DNA of 64,000 nt from an uncultured virus (IMG/VR IMGVR_UViG_3300042516_003420) (lineage: Duplodnaviria; Heunggongvirae; Uroviricota; Caudoviricetes): IMG/VR virus record IMGVR_UViG_3300042516_003420. One strand, written 5' to 3'. Shown here in pieces: positions 43,131-53,399 of the stretch (within the stretch, counting starts at the first letter, position 1; each line of letters starts with the position of its first letter). The notes under the pieces were generated by a model, which worked only from the letters and a program-made list of their open reading frames with translations, searched no databases and was not told where the DNA came from. A program made the position numbers and the translations under genes.

Positions 43131-44503
43131 TGGGTAACGCATTTCTTCAGCTGTTCATGCGTGGTGGTCCAGCAGCCCTGAAAGCTGTTCAAGGGTTTGG
43201 CGCCAAAGCTGCACCTAAGGCGCTGAAGCAGGTTGCCGATACGGTTACCAACCCACAGACCTATCGTTCTCTTGCTGCGCAGGCTGAGAATGTCCTGCAA
43301 CGTGGACTACCTTCTCAGTTCGCTGGCCCAAATTTTGGCAATATTCCGGCTCGTTTCACTGGTTTAATTAGTGACGTTGCTGGGATGCCAGCTGGTCTAC
43401 AGCGCTCTGCTCAGGCTGGTATGGTGAATCGTGCCATCCAAGAAGCAGCAGGCGCTGGTCCCCAGCTTGCCCGAAGCGTACAACAGTACGCCACTGGCGC
43501 CCTCAAGGCCCCTGTTATTGGTGATGCCATCCAATCTGCTCGGCAGGTAGCAACAGGCCTTCAAGGGGCCTTGGTTAGCCCAACAGGTTTTGGTGGCCCA
43601 TTCATGCGGGATCCGGCCTTACGCCGTGAGTTTCTTAAACAGTTTGGTGGTACCTCTGAAAAAGCAGCGCGTGCTTTAGCCGGTGGTGGCGGTGGCGTTA
43701 ATTTTGGTCAAGTCGGCAGCTTACTTCAGAACCTTTCCCCAGGTGGTGCGACTGGGTTGCGTGGTTCCGTAGCCTTACCTGGAGCCCTTGGTGGCGCGGC
43801 TTGGGCTTTATCTGACCCAACACCAATGATTCAAGCTGGTCAAGGATTGACTCAAATGCTGGCCGACAGGGGCTTGGTGTATGACCCACGAAAAGATCCA
43901 CGCGTTACTTCGATTCAAAATCGCCCTGTCGTGAATCCAGGGGAGCTTGCACCTGATTACAGCGGTGCGAGGGATCGGACATTTCGATTTGCGCAATATC
44001 AAGGAATGGGGCAGAATCCAGTTGGTGGCACCCCGCCGCCAGCTCCTGGTGGTTATTCACCACCTCCTGCTCCTGTGCTGACACCTCCTCAAGGTGTTAG
44101 TCAACCTGGAGCACAAGCCGGACAGCAGACACCCATTGCCTCGGATGTACCCATTGGTGGTTCGTTCCCTGGTGGACCCACATACGGTGGGACAAGGGTG
44201 TCTAACGGGGCCGGTGTTCCCGCACTACGTCAAAATGTTCAAAACCGCGCACTCTCTCAAGAAGTACTTAATGCTGCTCAGCAGTACCCTGCTCCTACAA
44301 GTGTCCCCCTTCCTTCCTTCTATGAGGGCCAGCAGCAACTGGGTAGGAGTATGGAGCAGACGGGAGAGTTGCAACGGCAACTGATGGAGTTAGGTGGTGC
44401 GACCGGAATGTCACCAGAAGTCCTGATGCAGTGGGCTCAACAGAATCCCGGTCTTGCTTACAGCCAGCTTCAGAAACTCCAGGGCAGGAGAAGCGTCCAA
44501 TGA
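43130..44503 (+). CDS. Gly/Ala/Gln/Pro-rich putative internal virion protein
   Basis: About 457 aa; TAATG-coupled. Confidence 0.6.
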   Translation: MGNAFLQLFMRGGPAALKAVQGFGAKAAPKALKQVADTVTNPQTYRSLAAQAENVLQRGLPSQFAGPNFGNIPARFTGLISDVAGMPAGLQRSAQAGMVNRAIQEAAGAGPQLARSVQQYATGALKAPVIGDAIQSARQVATGLQGALVSPTGFGGPFMRDPALRREFLKQFGGTSEKAARALAGGGGGVNFGQVGSLLQNLSPGGATGLRGSVALPGALGGAAWALSDPTPMIQAGQGLTQMLADRGLVYDPRKDPRVTSIQNRPVVNPGELAPDYSGARDRTFRFAQYQGMGQNPVGGTPPPAPGGYSPPPAPVLTPPQGVSQPGAQAGQQTPIASDVPIGGSFPGGPTYGGTRVSNGAGVPALRQNVQNRALSQEVLNAAQQYPAPTSVPLPSFYEGQQQLGRSMEQTGELQRQLMELGGATGMSPEVLMQWAQQNPGLAYSQLQKLQGRRSVQ

Positions 44504-45213
44504 ACGAGCGTCAGTTCCTAGAAAAATTTCGCCAGACTCCTGAGGGTCAGCGTCTTCTAAAAACCATTCGGTTTGCAGAAGGAACTGCTGGACCCAAAGG
44601 GTATCAAACCATGTTTGGTGGCGGAACTTTCTCTGATCTGAGTCGCCATCCTGATCGTGTTATTCGCAGTGGTGGATACGCAAGTGCTGCCGCAGGTGCT
44701 TACCAGTTCCTCCCTGGAACCTGGCAAAGCCAAGCATCTCGCCTAGGTTTAAAAGGTTTTGGACCTGCTGAACAGGACGTTGCAGCTTTAGCTCTTGCTC
44801 GTAACCGTTTAATGGGAATTGGTGGTTTATCAACACTTCAAAAAGAGGGTTTATCTCCTCGTGTTGCAGCTGCCCTTGCTCCTGAATGGGCTTCTTTCCC
44901 AACGGAAAGCGGACGTAGCTACTACGGTCAACCCGTTAAATCCTTGTCTTCTCTTCAGAATTATTACGGCAATGCATCAGTTGCCCCCGCTGCCCAGCAG
45001 GTGGCAGCAAGTGCACCAAGGGCTGCAACTTCACCAGCCCCCGATTCTGATATTGACATTCAAGCTTTAACAACTGCCCTAAGGAAGAAGAAGTCAACTT
45101 CGCTTCTTGATTCCTTTAAGGCAGGTATTGTTGATCAGTTGCTTCGCCAGACAGTCCCAGGAAATCTCAATTTCCTTGGAGCACCTCTCTTTGGTAGTAC
45201 CGGTTTATTCTGA
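44500..45213 (+). CDS. Lambda R-like lytic transglycosylase (GH104)
   Basis: TIRFAEGT, Y..MFGG..F..LSRHP, SAAAGAYQFL..TW, F.P..QD. Confidence 0.9.
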   Translation: MNERQFLEKFRQTPEGQRLLKTIRFAEGTAGPKGYQTMFGGGTFSDLSRHPDRVIRSGGYASAAAGAYQFLPGTWQSQASRLGLKGFGPAEQDVAALALARNRLMGIGGLSTLQKEGLSPRVAAALAPEWASFPTESGRSYYGQPVKSLSSLQNYYGNASVAPAAQQVAASAPRAATSPAPDSDIDIQALTTALRKKKSTSLLDSFKAGIVDQLLRQTVPGNLNFLGAPLFGSTGLF

Positions 45214-45458
45214 TGGCTTACTCTCAGTACGCGGACAAGTATCTTCCTGGTGAATATTACCGGGAAGTTTTTGGCAAGAATCGTTTTGCGTTTAGTCCGG
45301 GTACTGAGACCACAATGGATAGCGCATCTTTCCAAAGGTTTTTAAATCTTCAGCGCAATCCACAAGGTTTATTCTTAGAGTCTGTTAGGTATCCAAAAGG
45401 ATTCACGGAAATGATGGCGTTGTCTTCTGAGTTTGGTTTAAATTCAAACTCGCTTTAG
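45213..45458 (+). CDS. Hypothetical protein
   Basis: 81 aa, TGATG-coupled. Confidence 0.6.
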   Translation: MAYSQYADKYLPGEYYREVFGKNRFAFSPGTETTMDSASFQRFLNLQRNPQGLFLESVRYPKGFTEMMALSSEFGLNSNSL

Positions 45459-45492
45459 TCCTTTATAATTAATGAAAAGGTAAAGTAAAGAC

Positions 45493-46272
45493 GTGTCTAG
45501 TACCGCCACTAACAAGCAGCCACTGCTTATTGACCGCCCTTTGTTTGATTCCGTGCGGGTCACGACTCAAACAGTTGGTAACGCAACTTCCAATACTTTG
45601 TTTGTACAGGGTGGTCAGGCGCCGTCCATTCTTGTAGACATGGATGCTGCTTTGGAAGAAGACAATAATAATGGTGGGGTTATTGATTCCATTACCATTG
45701 TTCGCAACGACAACTATCGCGAGGCGGACTACACAATTAGCTCTGGCACATCAGGTAATGTTGTTTCGTTGACCAGTGGTCAAATTGTCTTTATCCAACA
45801 GACCGGGGTATTGGCCACAGCAGCGATGAGCGGCTACGGTTATTACACTTACACAGGTTCCGCAACACTGACGGGCGTGAATACAAGCCTTGTGTTTTCC
45901 GGTGGCACCACAAGCGGCTTTAGCTATATCGGTTCTACTTACGGCTACCAGCCCGCAGTGACATTTGTGTTTTACCACACGCGTGGTACAACTACTCCCA
46001 TTCCTGGTAGTGGTGACTATCGTCTTCTGTTTTCCAAAACAGTTCCTGCCAACAGCGGCGAAGTTGATTGCTCGGATCTAATGCCACAACTTGGGGCTCC
46101 TATGCCCAGCGCCGGCAATACCACAGGCCTTGGATCATCTGCCCCCTTACGCAACAAAGGTGTTTACCTGGAACGGGGTGACCGTATTTATGTGGGTGTT
46201 TTCCCAGACGGCCCGAACATCTCTGGTTACACGCCAGGCGCTCATATCTACGCACAAGGCGGCTTCTTCTAA
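45493..46272 (+). CDS. Tail/virion structural protein (putative)
   Basis: Beta-rich, Gly/Thr/Ser-rich. Confidence 0.6.
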   Translation: MSSTATNKQPLLIDRPLFDSVRVTTQTVGNATSNTLFVQGGQAPSILVDMDAALEEDNNNGGVIDSITIVRNDNYREADYTISSGTSGNVVSLTSGQIVFIQQTGVLATAAMSGYGYYTYTGSATLTGVNTSLVFSGGTTSGFSYIGSTYGYQPAVTFVFYHTRGTTTPIPGSGDYRLLFSKTVPANSGEVDCSDLMPQLGAPMPSAGNTTGLGSSAPLRNKGVYLERGDRIYVGVFPDGPNISGYTPGAHIYAQGGFF

Positions 46273-46275
46273 ACC

Positions 46276-47838
46276 ATGGCCAAAAAGAGTGGAAGCTCTT
46301 TTGGAAACTTCAATAAGGCCGAGGTGTTTGACCCTCGGTCTGTAAAACCGATTACGACAGAATTTTCCAAAGGATCAGTTCCTGATTCTTTATATACGAT
46401 TAATCGTGAGTCAGCATGGTCCCGCTGGCGCCGTGGTTACGAAATTGCAACCGCTTGTTTTTACGATAATTCTTACGATTATCCTTTTACCTACAAGGTT
46501 CCTGTCCCCGCTGGCACTCCTTCAACAAGTGGTAATCAACCAACTATTCCAGGTGTTTTTAAAGGATTTCCAACAACGAATAAAGAATTTGGCATGCACT
46601 GGGCTGGCGTCCGTGTTGCTGGTAGTTTACGGTTTGACAATGTTTTTGATAGCACTGGGGTGCGTGCTTCTATTGCTTCTGTAACTGAAGACACTGACTT
46701 TTGGTACGTACAACTTAACGGAAGTTGGAGTTCCGGCAACCCGTTACCTCCGCCTTTATATGTTGCAATTCCTGGCGTACCTGGTGGACTGAAGGCGATT
46801 AACGGAGAAATACTGGAAGATCGAATCATCACACCCGGCGGCGTTCCTATAGATAGAGATACGATTGATCCTGCAACACAAAAAAGGTATGGATATGTTT
46901 CGGCTGTACTGGCAGATACAGACCCTTTTACTGGGATTTTAAAAATACGAAAAGCTGGTTCAGTAGAGGCAACGCCAGATAGAGATTTAATTACGCCTGC
47001 GACAAGGCCTCCAAACTTAAACAGGTTTTTTATGACGGGCACTCGCTATTGCTGTTCCTGTCAAGATTTTAATCGGCGCGATTATGGATTCATTAGCTCT
47101 TTAAATAAAGTTTCTGATTCATTAAAAGTAAAATTTCCGCGGACTAATGTTGCCACATTGAAACCTGGCAGGTATGAAATAATGACCAAAAATGGAATAG
47201 TTGATAACAGTTCAATGACAAGTGCCACGGTTAATCGTGACATGCGAATTGTGTCACCCGCTCCCCAATACAACGTGCCACCAACAGTTACACCAACAGT
47301 ATCAACTAAAGTAGGAGCCAATAGAGACAATCCAGGTGTGTTTAGAGATTTTGGTGCAATGTATCTCCGCAATACTCCTGATCCTTCTATTCCAGGAGCG
47401 AAAGCAGAAGGCTTGCCAACTTATAACGATTATTCTGCTGCAGGAAACGTTATCACATCTTTAACGGATACCTGGACCCCCCTGCTTGATGAGATGCGCT
47501 ATTGCAAGCACATTTATGCCATGAAATATGAAGAAGGTGTATTTCCACCCGAACCGTCAGATTTCCCTGTAGGTATTCAAAGCATGGCCGCCTGGGAGCA
47601 AAAATTAGTGGAAGATACAGAAAAAGAGCAAACTGAAGCTAAGGCCGCAAATTTACAAAGACGTTCTTTGTCAACAATGGACGTACCTCCTTACAACTGT
47701 CAGGCGCCAATGATGATGCCAATGATGCAAAAACTTTTCAATATCCCATCAACATTTGTAAAAATGAATGGTTTTACAATGATTGATAAAAACGGAAGCA
47801 AGTATATTCCAGCTTCTGGTGAACGCCCTGGAGTGTGA
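46276..47838 (+). CDS. Putative virion protein with a split SWIM-like Zn motif
   Basis: 520 aa; YCCSCQDF ... YCKHIYAM. Confidence 0.6.
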   Translation: MAKKSGSSFGNFNKAEVFDPRSVKPITTEFSKGSVPDSLYTINRESAWSRWRRGYEIATACFYDNSYDYPFTYKVPVPAGTPSTSGNQPTIPGVFKGFPTTNKEFGMHWAGVRVAGSLRFDNVFDSTGVRASIASVTEDTDFWYVQLNGSWSSGNPLPPPLYVAIPGVPGGLKAINGEILEDRIITPGGVPIDRDTIDPATQKRYGYVSAVLADTDPFTGILKIRKAGSVEATPDRDLITPATRPPNLNRFFMTGTRYCCSCQDFNRRDYGFISSLNKVSDSLKVKFPRTNVATLKPGRYEIMTKNGIVDNSSMTSATVNRDMRIVSPAPQYNVPPTVTPTVSTKVGANRDNPGVFRDFGAMYLRNTPDPSIPGAKAEGLPTYNDYSAAGNVITSLTDTWTPLLDEMRYCKHIYAMKYEEGVFPPEPSDFPVGIQSMAAWEQKLVEDTEKEQTEAKAANLQRRSLSTMDVPPYNCQAPMMMPMMQKLFNIPSTFVKMNGFTMIDKNGSKYIPASGERPGV

Positions 47839-48062
47839 TTATGGCTGAGTTTGGAGATGTCGTTTCAACCAATTTCATTTATTCACAAGAGCAATTAAAT
47901 GAAAGGATCTACGGGGATAGTGAGATCCAGTACAGCGGAATACCTACCGTGTATCACGCTGGCGATGTTGTACACCTTCCTTACCAGTCAGGTGAAATAT
48001 CCACAATGGAAGCTTTGGGCCTCGCCTGGGCTGCGTTTGCCAGTGGAATTGGACCAGAGTAA
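47835..48062 (+). CDS. Hypothetical protein
   Basis: 75 aa, GTGA overlap. Confidence 0.6.
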   Translation: MIMAEFGDVVSTNFIYSQEQLNERIYGDSEIQYSGIPTVYHAGDVVHLPYQSGEISTMEALGLAWAAFASGIGPE

Positions 48063-48170
48063 CATAATGTAAACTTATATTAGTCCCGTAGGACTTATTA
48101 AGAAATCCTTTACCACTTGCGCCCTGGAGCCCTGCTTGCTTAGCTTCGGGTTATCCAGCTCATCTCAGTT

Positions 48171-48593
48171 ATGACTCACTCCCCGCCTATTGACCAGCGG
48201 ATTGTTGATGAGTATTTCCAGCTGGCCTCACGAAAAAAAACCAAAGCAGTTGCCTGGTTGTATGGAATGATTGCAACCTATGGAGTAAAGCCTGACGAGT
48301 TAAACGGATTTACCTGGCAATCTGATAATTCAATTCTACTTCAAAGTAAAAAGAAAAAGATTGCCCCACTACATCCGCAGTGGGTTTTTCTTTTTGGGCT
48401 AAAAGAAAAGCGGTCCTGCGAAATGCAAGACCGCCTGGAATCCCTCTCCCGCTCTCTGTATCAAGCCATTGCCTACCAGGATGTTCGATTAAACATCACT
48501 GATTTGCTTTTGGCACACCGCATGAGAAAAAATCATTCTCGTGCATTCAAGAACATGCAGCCAGCATGTCTTGCTTTTGCAGGTGCTTCCTGA
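48171..48593 (+). CDS. Truncated, catalytically degenerate tyrosine-recombinase-like protein
   Basis: WLYGMIATYGVKPDEL, PLHPQWVFLFGL, TDLLLAHRMR; no GH box or catalytic Tyr. Confidence 0.65.
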   Translation: MTHSPPIDQRIVDEYFQLASRKKTKAVAWLYGMIATYGVKPDELNGFTWQSDNSILLQSKKKKIAPLHPQWVFLFGLKEKRSCEMQDRLESLSRSLYQAIAYQDVRLNITDLLLAHRMRKNHSRAFKNMQPACLAFAGAS

Positions 48594-48765
48594 CTGCCGT
48601 TACGTTCCAGCGGTAGCCATCGCGTGAACGGGTCTCAGGAAAGGCTGCAAAGTGCGGCCCAAGCTTGAGGGTGCCATTATCCCTGTACTTAAACAAGGTC
48701 TTCCGGTCAATGCCAAGGAGTTCTTCCGCTCTTTGAACGGAGACCCAACCATTGGTCTTGGTCAT
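48547..48765 (-). CDS. Excisionase-like (MerR/AlpA-type) HTH protein
   Basis: WVSVQRAEELLGIDRKTLFKYR..G.LK.G.HF...YRWNV. Confidence 0.75.
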   Translation of the reverse strand: MTKTNGWVSVQRAEELLGIDRKTLFKYRDNGTLKLGPHFAAFPETRSRDGYRWNVTAVRKHLQKQDMLAACS

Positions 48766-48904
48766 GGCGCGAGTAAAAACGCGTACCCAAGTACGGTAGC
48801 GCCTGGAAGGGACCTGTCAACTTTCCTTATGTTTTGTTAATAGTTCTGTTGTGGTTTTAAATGAATGAGGTGAAATTAAAATAAAGTAACGGCAACTAAA
48901 GAGC

Positions 48905-49273
48905 ATGTTCAATTGTGAGCAGGATCCGCTTTCCTTACTCATTGAATTAACTCCAAAGTTAGCAAAGAAACGTTATCGACAGTCCATCTACGAAGCCTGG
49001 GACTTTAAGTGTGCATATTGCAAGGCAGAGGCAACAAGCCTTGATCACATTATTCCTAGGTTCAAATCAGGTTCAAGCAATAGAAATAATCTGATTCCCG
49101 CGTGCAGATCGTGCAATACAAATAAAGCAAGCACTAAAATGGAAGACTGGTACTGCAATCAAGACTTCTTTGATGAAGTTCAGTACAATCGAATCAAGAC
49201 CTGGATGTCCCAGGAATTCATTGATTGGTTCCAGCCTGAGCATTTTGATCTTCATCCTAAAGTTGCCGTCTAA
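48905..49273 (+). CDS. HNH endonuclease
   Basis: CAYC...SLDHIIPRFKSG...NLIPACRSCN..K. Confidence 0.9.
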   Translation: MFNCEQDPLSLLIELTPKLAKKRYRQSIYEAWDFKCAYCKAEATSLDHIIPRFKSGSSNRNNLIPACRSCNTNKASTKMEDWYCNQDFFDEVQYNRIKTWMSQEFIDWFQPEHFDLHPKVAV

Positions 49274-49286
49274 TTAAATAACTCAA

Positions 49287-52200
49287 ATGGCTATTGTTTA
49301 TGACGCTACAGCGAAGAAGTGGGTCGTTACCAATGAGAAGACGGATTACAATACCAATTTTCCTACTAACTACGACACAACAAGAAGAACTGATTACCCA
49401 ACAAACTTAACAACTAACACTGCTCTTCCTGAGTTTCTTGCTACAAATTTAAAGTATGACTATGAAACCAATTTAAGAACTGATTACCCAACAGATAAGA
49501 AAACCAAAAAAACCATTCACGTCCATCATGTTACCCTGCTTGGTAAAAAGTTTATTGGCAAAATCAGTGATGATGACAAGACCCCGGATATGGGGTATTC
49601 AGTACAATCCGTAGAAATCACTCCAAATACATCATTTTCAGATATTAAATCTGCGGTTGGAGGCAATGTTGATACATTTAATGACGATCCAAAAAATAAA
49701 TTTTTAAACTTAAAGCAAGTTGTAGTAGATAATCAAGCAACAAATACAGCTAATGCGACTACTAATACAAATAACAAAGCTGCCAATGAAAAAAATGCAG
49801 CTTTAAATGCTGCCAACTATAAAACTAATATTGATAACGCCACTAAAAACGTTCAAATTGAAAAAGAACGGCAAGCTATCCAGGCACAGAACACTGCAAA
49901 TGCGCAAACTAATGCAACAAATACTACACTAAATGCTGCAAATGAAAAGCTGAATTATGAAGGCAAAGTTTTAAATACTAATAACACAACTCTCAACCAA
50001 CAAAATACAGTTTTAAACACTAAAAACACAGCCTTAAATGGTTTATATTCAACTACTGTTGCTACCGCAGGCGCAACACAAGGCGGTGATTACGTAGCGC
50101 AACGAGATAAATTAACAACAAACAACCTGATAGCCGCAGGGTTTACCGCCAAAGAAGCTGCAGATATTGTTTCTGGTGTCAAAGATCAGTTTAAAGTTTT
50201 TTATCAAGTAGAGAAATTAGTTCCATGGGATGCAAACCTTGGGGCCAAACCTCCCTATGGAACGTTTGATCCTAAGTACTACAGTGGACAGAATGCAACA
50301 GTAAAGAAAGCCTGGGACGACGCTGTAGCAAAAGATGATATTGATATTACGCAGCGTTATGGCGAGAATAACTTTTATTTGCAGCACTATACCAACATTG
50401 GTAAAGCGCAAGGGTTGCGCGGTAATGCTGCAGAAACAACTGCAAGAGCTAATGCATATGTTGAAAACAAACCTACAGATGCTGAGATCCAACAGATTCG
50501 AGATTTACAGCTGGGGGTAGATCGTGACACGATTACTCAGCGCCTATTAAACATCACACAGGTTAATAATGAATGGACAAAAGCAAAACAAGGAGACCCC
50601 TATTGGCGTGCGTTAGCAAAAGAAAAGTACTTGGATCCAGATGATCCGGATGAGTTTGCTGTTCTATTCCGTTTATCTGAACGACCGGAAGATAAACAGG
50701 TAATTTTGAATTACAACATTAATACAGGTAGTGGCATCACTGAATTAGAGCAAGCAATTAACGACGCTATCGGTACAAAAGCAGAAGTTGATGTTAAAAA
50801 GTTTGCAGCGTTAAATCAAACAATTTTAAAAGACACGATTGCAGAGATTAAAAAGGTACAGTCCAGACAGCAAGCCCTTGATTTCTATAAAGGGTTTGAC
50901 GGTTTCAGTGAGGTTTTCAATTTGAACCAGACATTGGCAGACTCCATCCTGGGTGACAGTGGAGTTGGCGGGGTCCTCTCCCTAACCTCTGGTGGCAAGG
51001 CAGAAGAAGACCTCCTGGGCGCCCTTGGGAATGTGACCGGGATGCGCGATAACGTGGGTTACAACTGGCAGCAATGGTTTGATACTGCAATCAAACAAAA
51101 GTACGGAATTGACTACAGTTTGTTTGAACCCCTGGAAGAAAAAAAGGATATTATCAGTGCATTTACAAGTGATGCAACGACCGCAAAAGTATTTGACCCA
51201 ACTACAAATAAATTCACAGAGGATTTCCTGAAGCGTGCTGGATTCACAACAACAGAACAACTAGTTGATTTCCTTGGAAAGCAAGGAACAGAAGGGCAGA
51301 CAATCTTAAACACAATCAAGGGTGATCCTGGTAGCACAGCAAAAACAACTCTTACACCTATCCAATCAAGGCTAGAAGCTGATATTAAAACGTTAGACGA
51401 ACAAAAAAATAGAAGCCTTGCACTTGCTTATTCAACAAGCGAGAAAACGCAAATGATGAATGTTGAGGCTGAATTTGCGCGTAGTTATATTGACGAATAT
51501 TTGCTACCCCGCTTCAACACATCACGATCCATGGATGAGTTCATGGAATATCTTGATGTTAGACAGCAAGAGCAGAACCCATTCCAAACGCAAGATTCAT
51601 ATGATGCGCTAAAAACGCTTGGTGACTTGTATACCAAAAAATATCTGGATGATGTTAAGAGTACTGGTGCCAGATCTTTTGACCCTACTTTTTACTTTGA
51701 TCCAGTTACAGACAGTTACAACAAGACCAATTACGAAAAACAAAAAACAACCGTTGCAGAAGATTGGGCAAAAGCAAAAGCTGGAGACCCTTATTGGGCG
51801 CAGCAAATTTATCGTTTTGGTATTGATGTAAACAATAAAGCGGCGTTTGCCCGCATGCATTTTGAGGTAAAGGGTCAGGGATTAGGGTTTGACCCAGCGG
51901 AAGATATTGTCAACGCAGGCAAGGTTAAGGATTACATTTATGGCACTGTGCTGCCAGTGATGAAAGAAGAAGCATTAAAAGGAGATCCCGTTTTTGGTCA
52001 ATTTATTACACCAGAAGAATTTGCAGATGAGATGTTGCAAGGTTTAGATCCAACAAAAACACCTGAGGCATGGGAAGAGGTGTTGAATCGTTATGGATTA
52101 AAAGATTTTGCAGGCGACAAGGAAGAATTAAGGCAATACATTATTGATGCACTTCGCACAGGATCGGCACAAACAATCAGGGAGAACATTAAATTCCTAA

Positions 52201-52634
52201 ACGAAAAACGCGAAAAGCCAACGCAAGAAATTTTGGGCGTCACTTATATTGAACGTCCTGAAGACTTTGACACAGGAGCCGTCAAGCCAACAACACAGCT
52301 ATACGCAGTGTTTAAAAATGCTGGATATCAAGGCACAGAAGATGAGTTTTATGAAAAGTTTTTCCCTGACCTTGATCGAAGTGAGCAAGTGCTCCTTACA
52401 AAATCAGGATCAAATGAAGCGCTTAAGTTTGAAGGAATTGACTTAAGCGATCCGTTTGCTTCTCTTACTTCGATTGGAAACTTATTTCCAGATGACAAGG
52501 AGAAAACGGATGATGAATCCAAGGATCGTGAAACTAATTATTTTACAATGGGTGATGACGAGGAAGACGAGGACACTTATGGGGGTGCTCAATCTTTCCT
52601 GGGAGAGTTTACTTCACTGTTTAAAGGCCTCTAA
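49287..52634 (+). CDS. Large putative virion protein with internal repeats
   Basis: 1115 aa; TDYPT repeats, Asn/Thr coil, repeated FDP..Y and W.KAK.GDPYW. Confidence 0.65.
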   Translation: MAIVYDATAKKWVVTNEKTDYNTNFPTNYDTTRRTDYPTNLTTNTALPEFLATNLKYDYETNLRTDYPTDKKTKKTIHVHHVTLLGKKFIGKISDDDKTPDMGYSVQSVEITPNTSFSDIKSAVGGNVDTFNDDPKNKFLNLKQVVVDNQATNTANATTNTNNKAANEKNAALNAANYKTNIDNATKNVQIEKERQAIQAQNTANAQTNATNTTLNAANEKLNYEGKVLNTNNTTLNQQNTVLNTKNTALNGLYSTTVATAGATQGGDYVAQRDKLTTNNLIAAGFTAKEAADIVSGVKDQFKVFYQVEKLVPWDANLGAKPPYGTFDPKYYSGQNATVKKAWDDAVAKDDIDITQRYGENNFYLQHYTNIGKAQGLRGNAAETTARANAYVENKPTDAEIQQIRDLQLGVDRDTITQRLLNITQVNNEWTKAKQGDPYWRALAKEKYLDPDDPDEFAVLFRLSERPEDKQVILNYNINTGSGITELEQAINDAIGTKAEVDVKKFAALNQTILKDTIAEIKKVQSRQQALDFYKGFDGFSEVFNLNQTLADSILGDSGVGGVLSLTSGGKAEEDLLGALGNVTGMRDNVGYNWQQWFDTAIKQKYGIDYSLFEPLEEKKDIISAFTSDATTAKVFDPTTNKFTEDFLKRAGFTTTEQLVDFLGKQGTEGQTILNTIKGDPGSTAKTTLTPIQSRLEADIKTLDEQKNRSLALAYSTSEKTQMMNVEAEFARSYIDEYLLPRFNTSRSMDEFMEYLDVRQQEQNPFQTQDSYDALKTLGDLYTKKYLDDVKSTGARSFDPTFYFDPVTDSYNKTNYEKQKTTVAEDWAKAKAGDPYWAQQIYRFGIDVNNKAAFARMHFEVKGQGLGFDPAEDIVNAGKVKDYIYGTVLPVMKEEALKGDPVFGQFITPEEFADEMLQGLDPTKTPEAWEEVLNRYGLKDFAGDKEELRQYIIDALRTGSAQTIRENIKFLNEKREKPTQEILGVTYIERPEDFDTGAVKPTTQLYAVFKNAGYQGTEDEFYEKFFPDLDRSEQVLLTKSGSNEALKFEGIDLSDPFASLTSIGNLFPDDKEKTDDESKDRETNYFTMGDDEEDEDTYGGAQSFLGEFTSLFKGL

Positions 52635-52933
52635 TGTCTGATAAAAGGAAAAAAGCTGCGTCTGCGGCAAAGCTTGCAAAAGACAAGATGGCTTGTAACA
52701 AACCCAGGCGCACCCCTGGGCACCCAACAAAATCACATGTGGTCAAAGCATGTAAGGGTGGGGAGGAAAAGATTGTTCGATTTGGACAGCAGGGGGTTGA
52801 GGGCGCTGGTAAAAATCCCCAATCCGCCAAGGACAAGGCACGAAAGAAATCATATTACGCCAGGCATAATGCCCAAGATCCAAATCCTGACATCATGTCT
52901 GCACGCTTTTGGAGCCACCGTGTGAAGTGGTAA
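52634..52933 (+). CDS. Conserved small basic phage protein
   Basis: HPTKSHVVKAC...IVRFGQQG...KSYYARH...SARFWS. Confidence 0.75.
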   Translation: MSDKRKKAASAAKLAKDKMACNKPRRTPGHPTKSHVVKACKGGEEKIVRFGQQGVEGAGKNPQSAKDKARKKSYYARHNAQDPNPDIMSARFWSHRVKW

Positions 52934-52973
52934 ACAGCGTTAAGTGGTATACTATTTGGGTTGCTTAAATTTA

Positions 52974-53399
52974 ATGGCCAACGCTAATAGCCGTTTTGTT
53001 GATGTGTTTTGTGAAACCTGTGCATGCGCTGGAAGCATTCGCATTGATCAGTACACAAGAAGAAAGGGTCTTTGGAAGTGCCGTTCATGCAACAAAAAAA
53101 GCCAAGTTCCGAAAAACAAAGGCACAGGCGTAAAAAATGACCCGGCCATGCTAAGAACCCGTTCAAGTTATTACAAGGCTCGTTATCGATGTAAAACGGG
53201 CCACCGTGGATATTATGTGAACGTTGAATTTAGATTTAACTCTTTACAGCAATTAGTTGATGATATAGGGACGAGGCCTATAGGAATGAGTTTAGATCGT
53301 ATTGATAATCTTGGACATTACGAACCAGGAAATGTTCGTTGGGCAACCCATCAAGAACAATGTAACAATAGACGCCCACGGGGCTCGGTTTCCCTGTAA
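52974..53399 (+). CDS. HNH homing endonuclease
   Basis: Two CxxC; IGTRP.GMSLDRIDN.GHYEPGNVRWAT..EQ.NNRR. Confidence 0.9.
   Translation: MANANSRFVDVFCETCACAGSIRIDQYTRRKGLWKCRSCNKKSQVPKNKGTGVKNDPAMLRTRSSYYKARYRCKTGHRGYYVNVEFRFNSLQQLVDDIGTRPIGMSLDRIDNLGHYEPGNVRWATHQEQCNNRRPRGSVSL

Noticed and set aside
52934..53399. Group I intron carrying the HNH gene
   Set aside because: Only about 40 non-coding bases flank the ORF, too few for a ribozyme core, and the junctions do not fit U/G splice rules.
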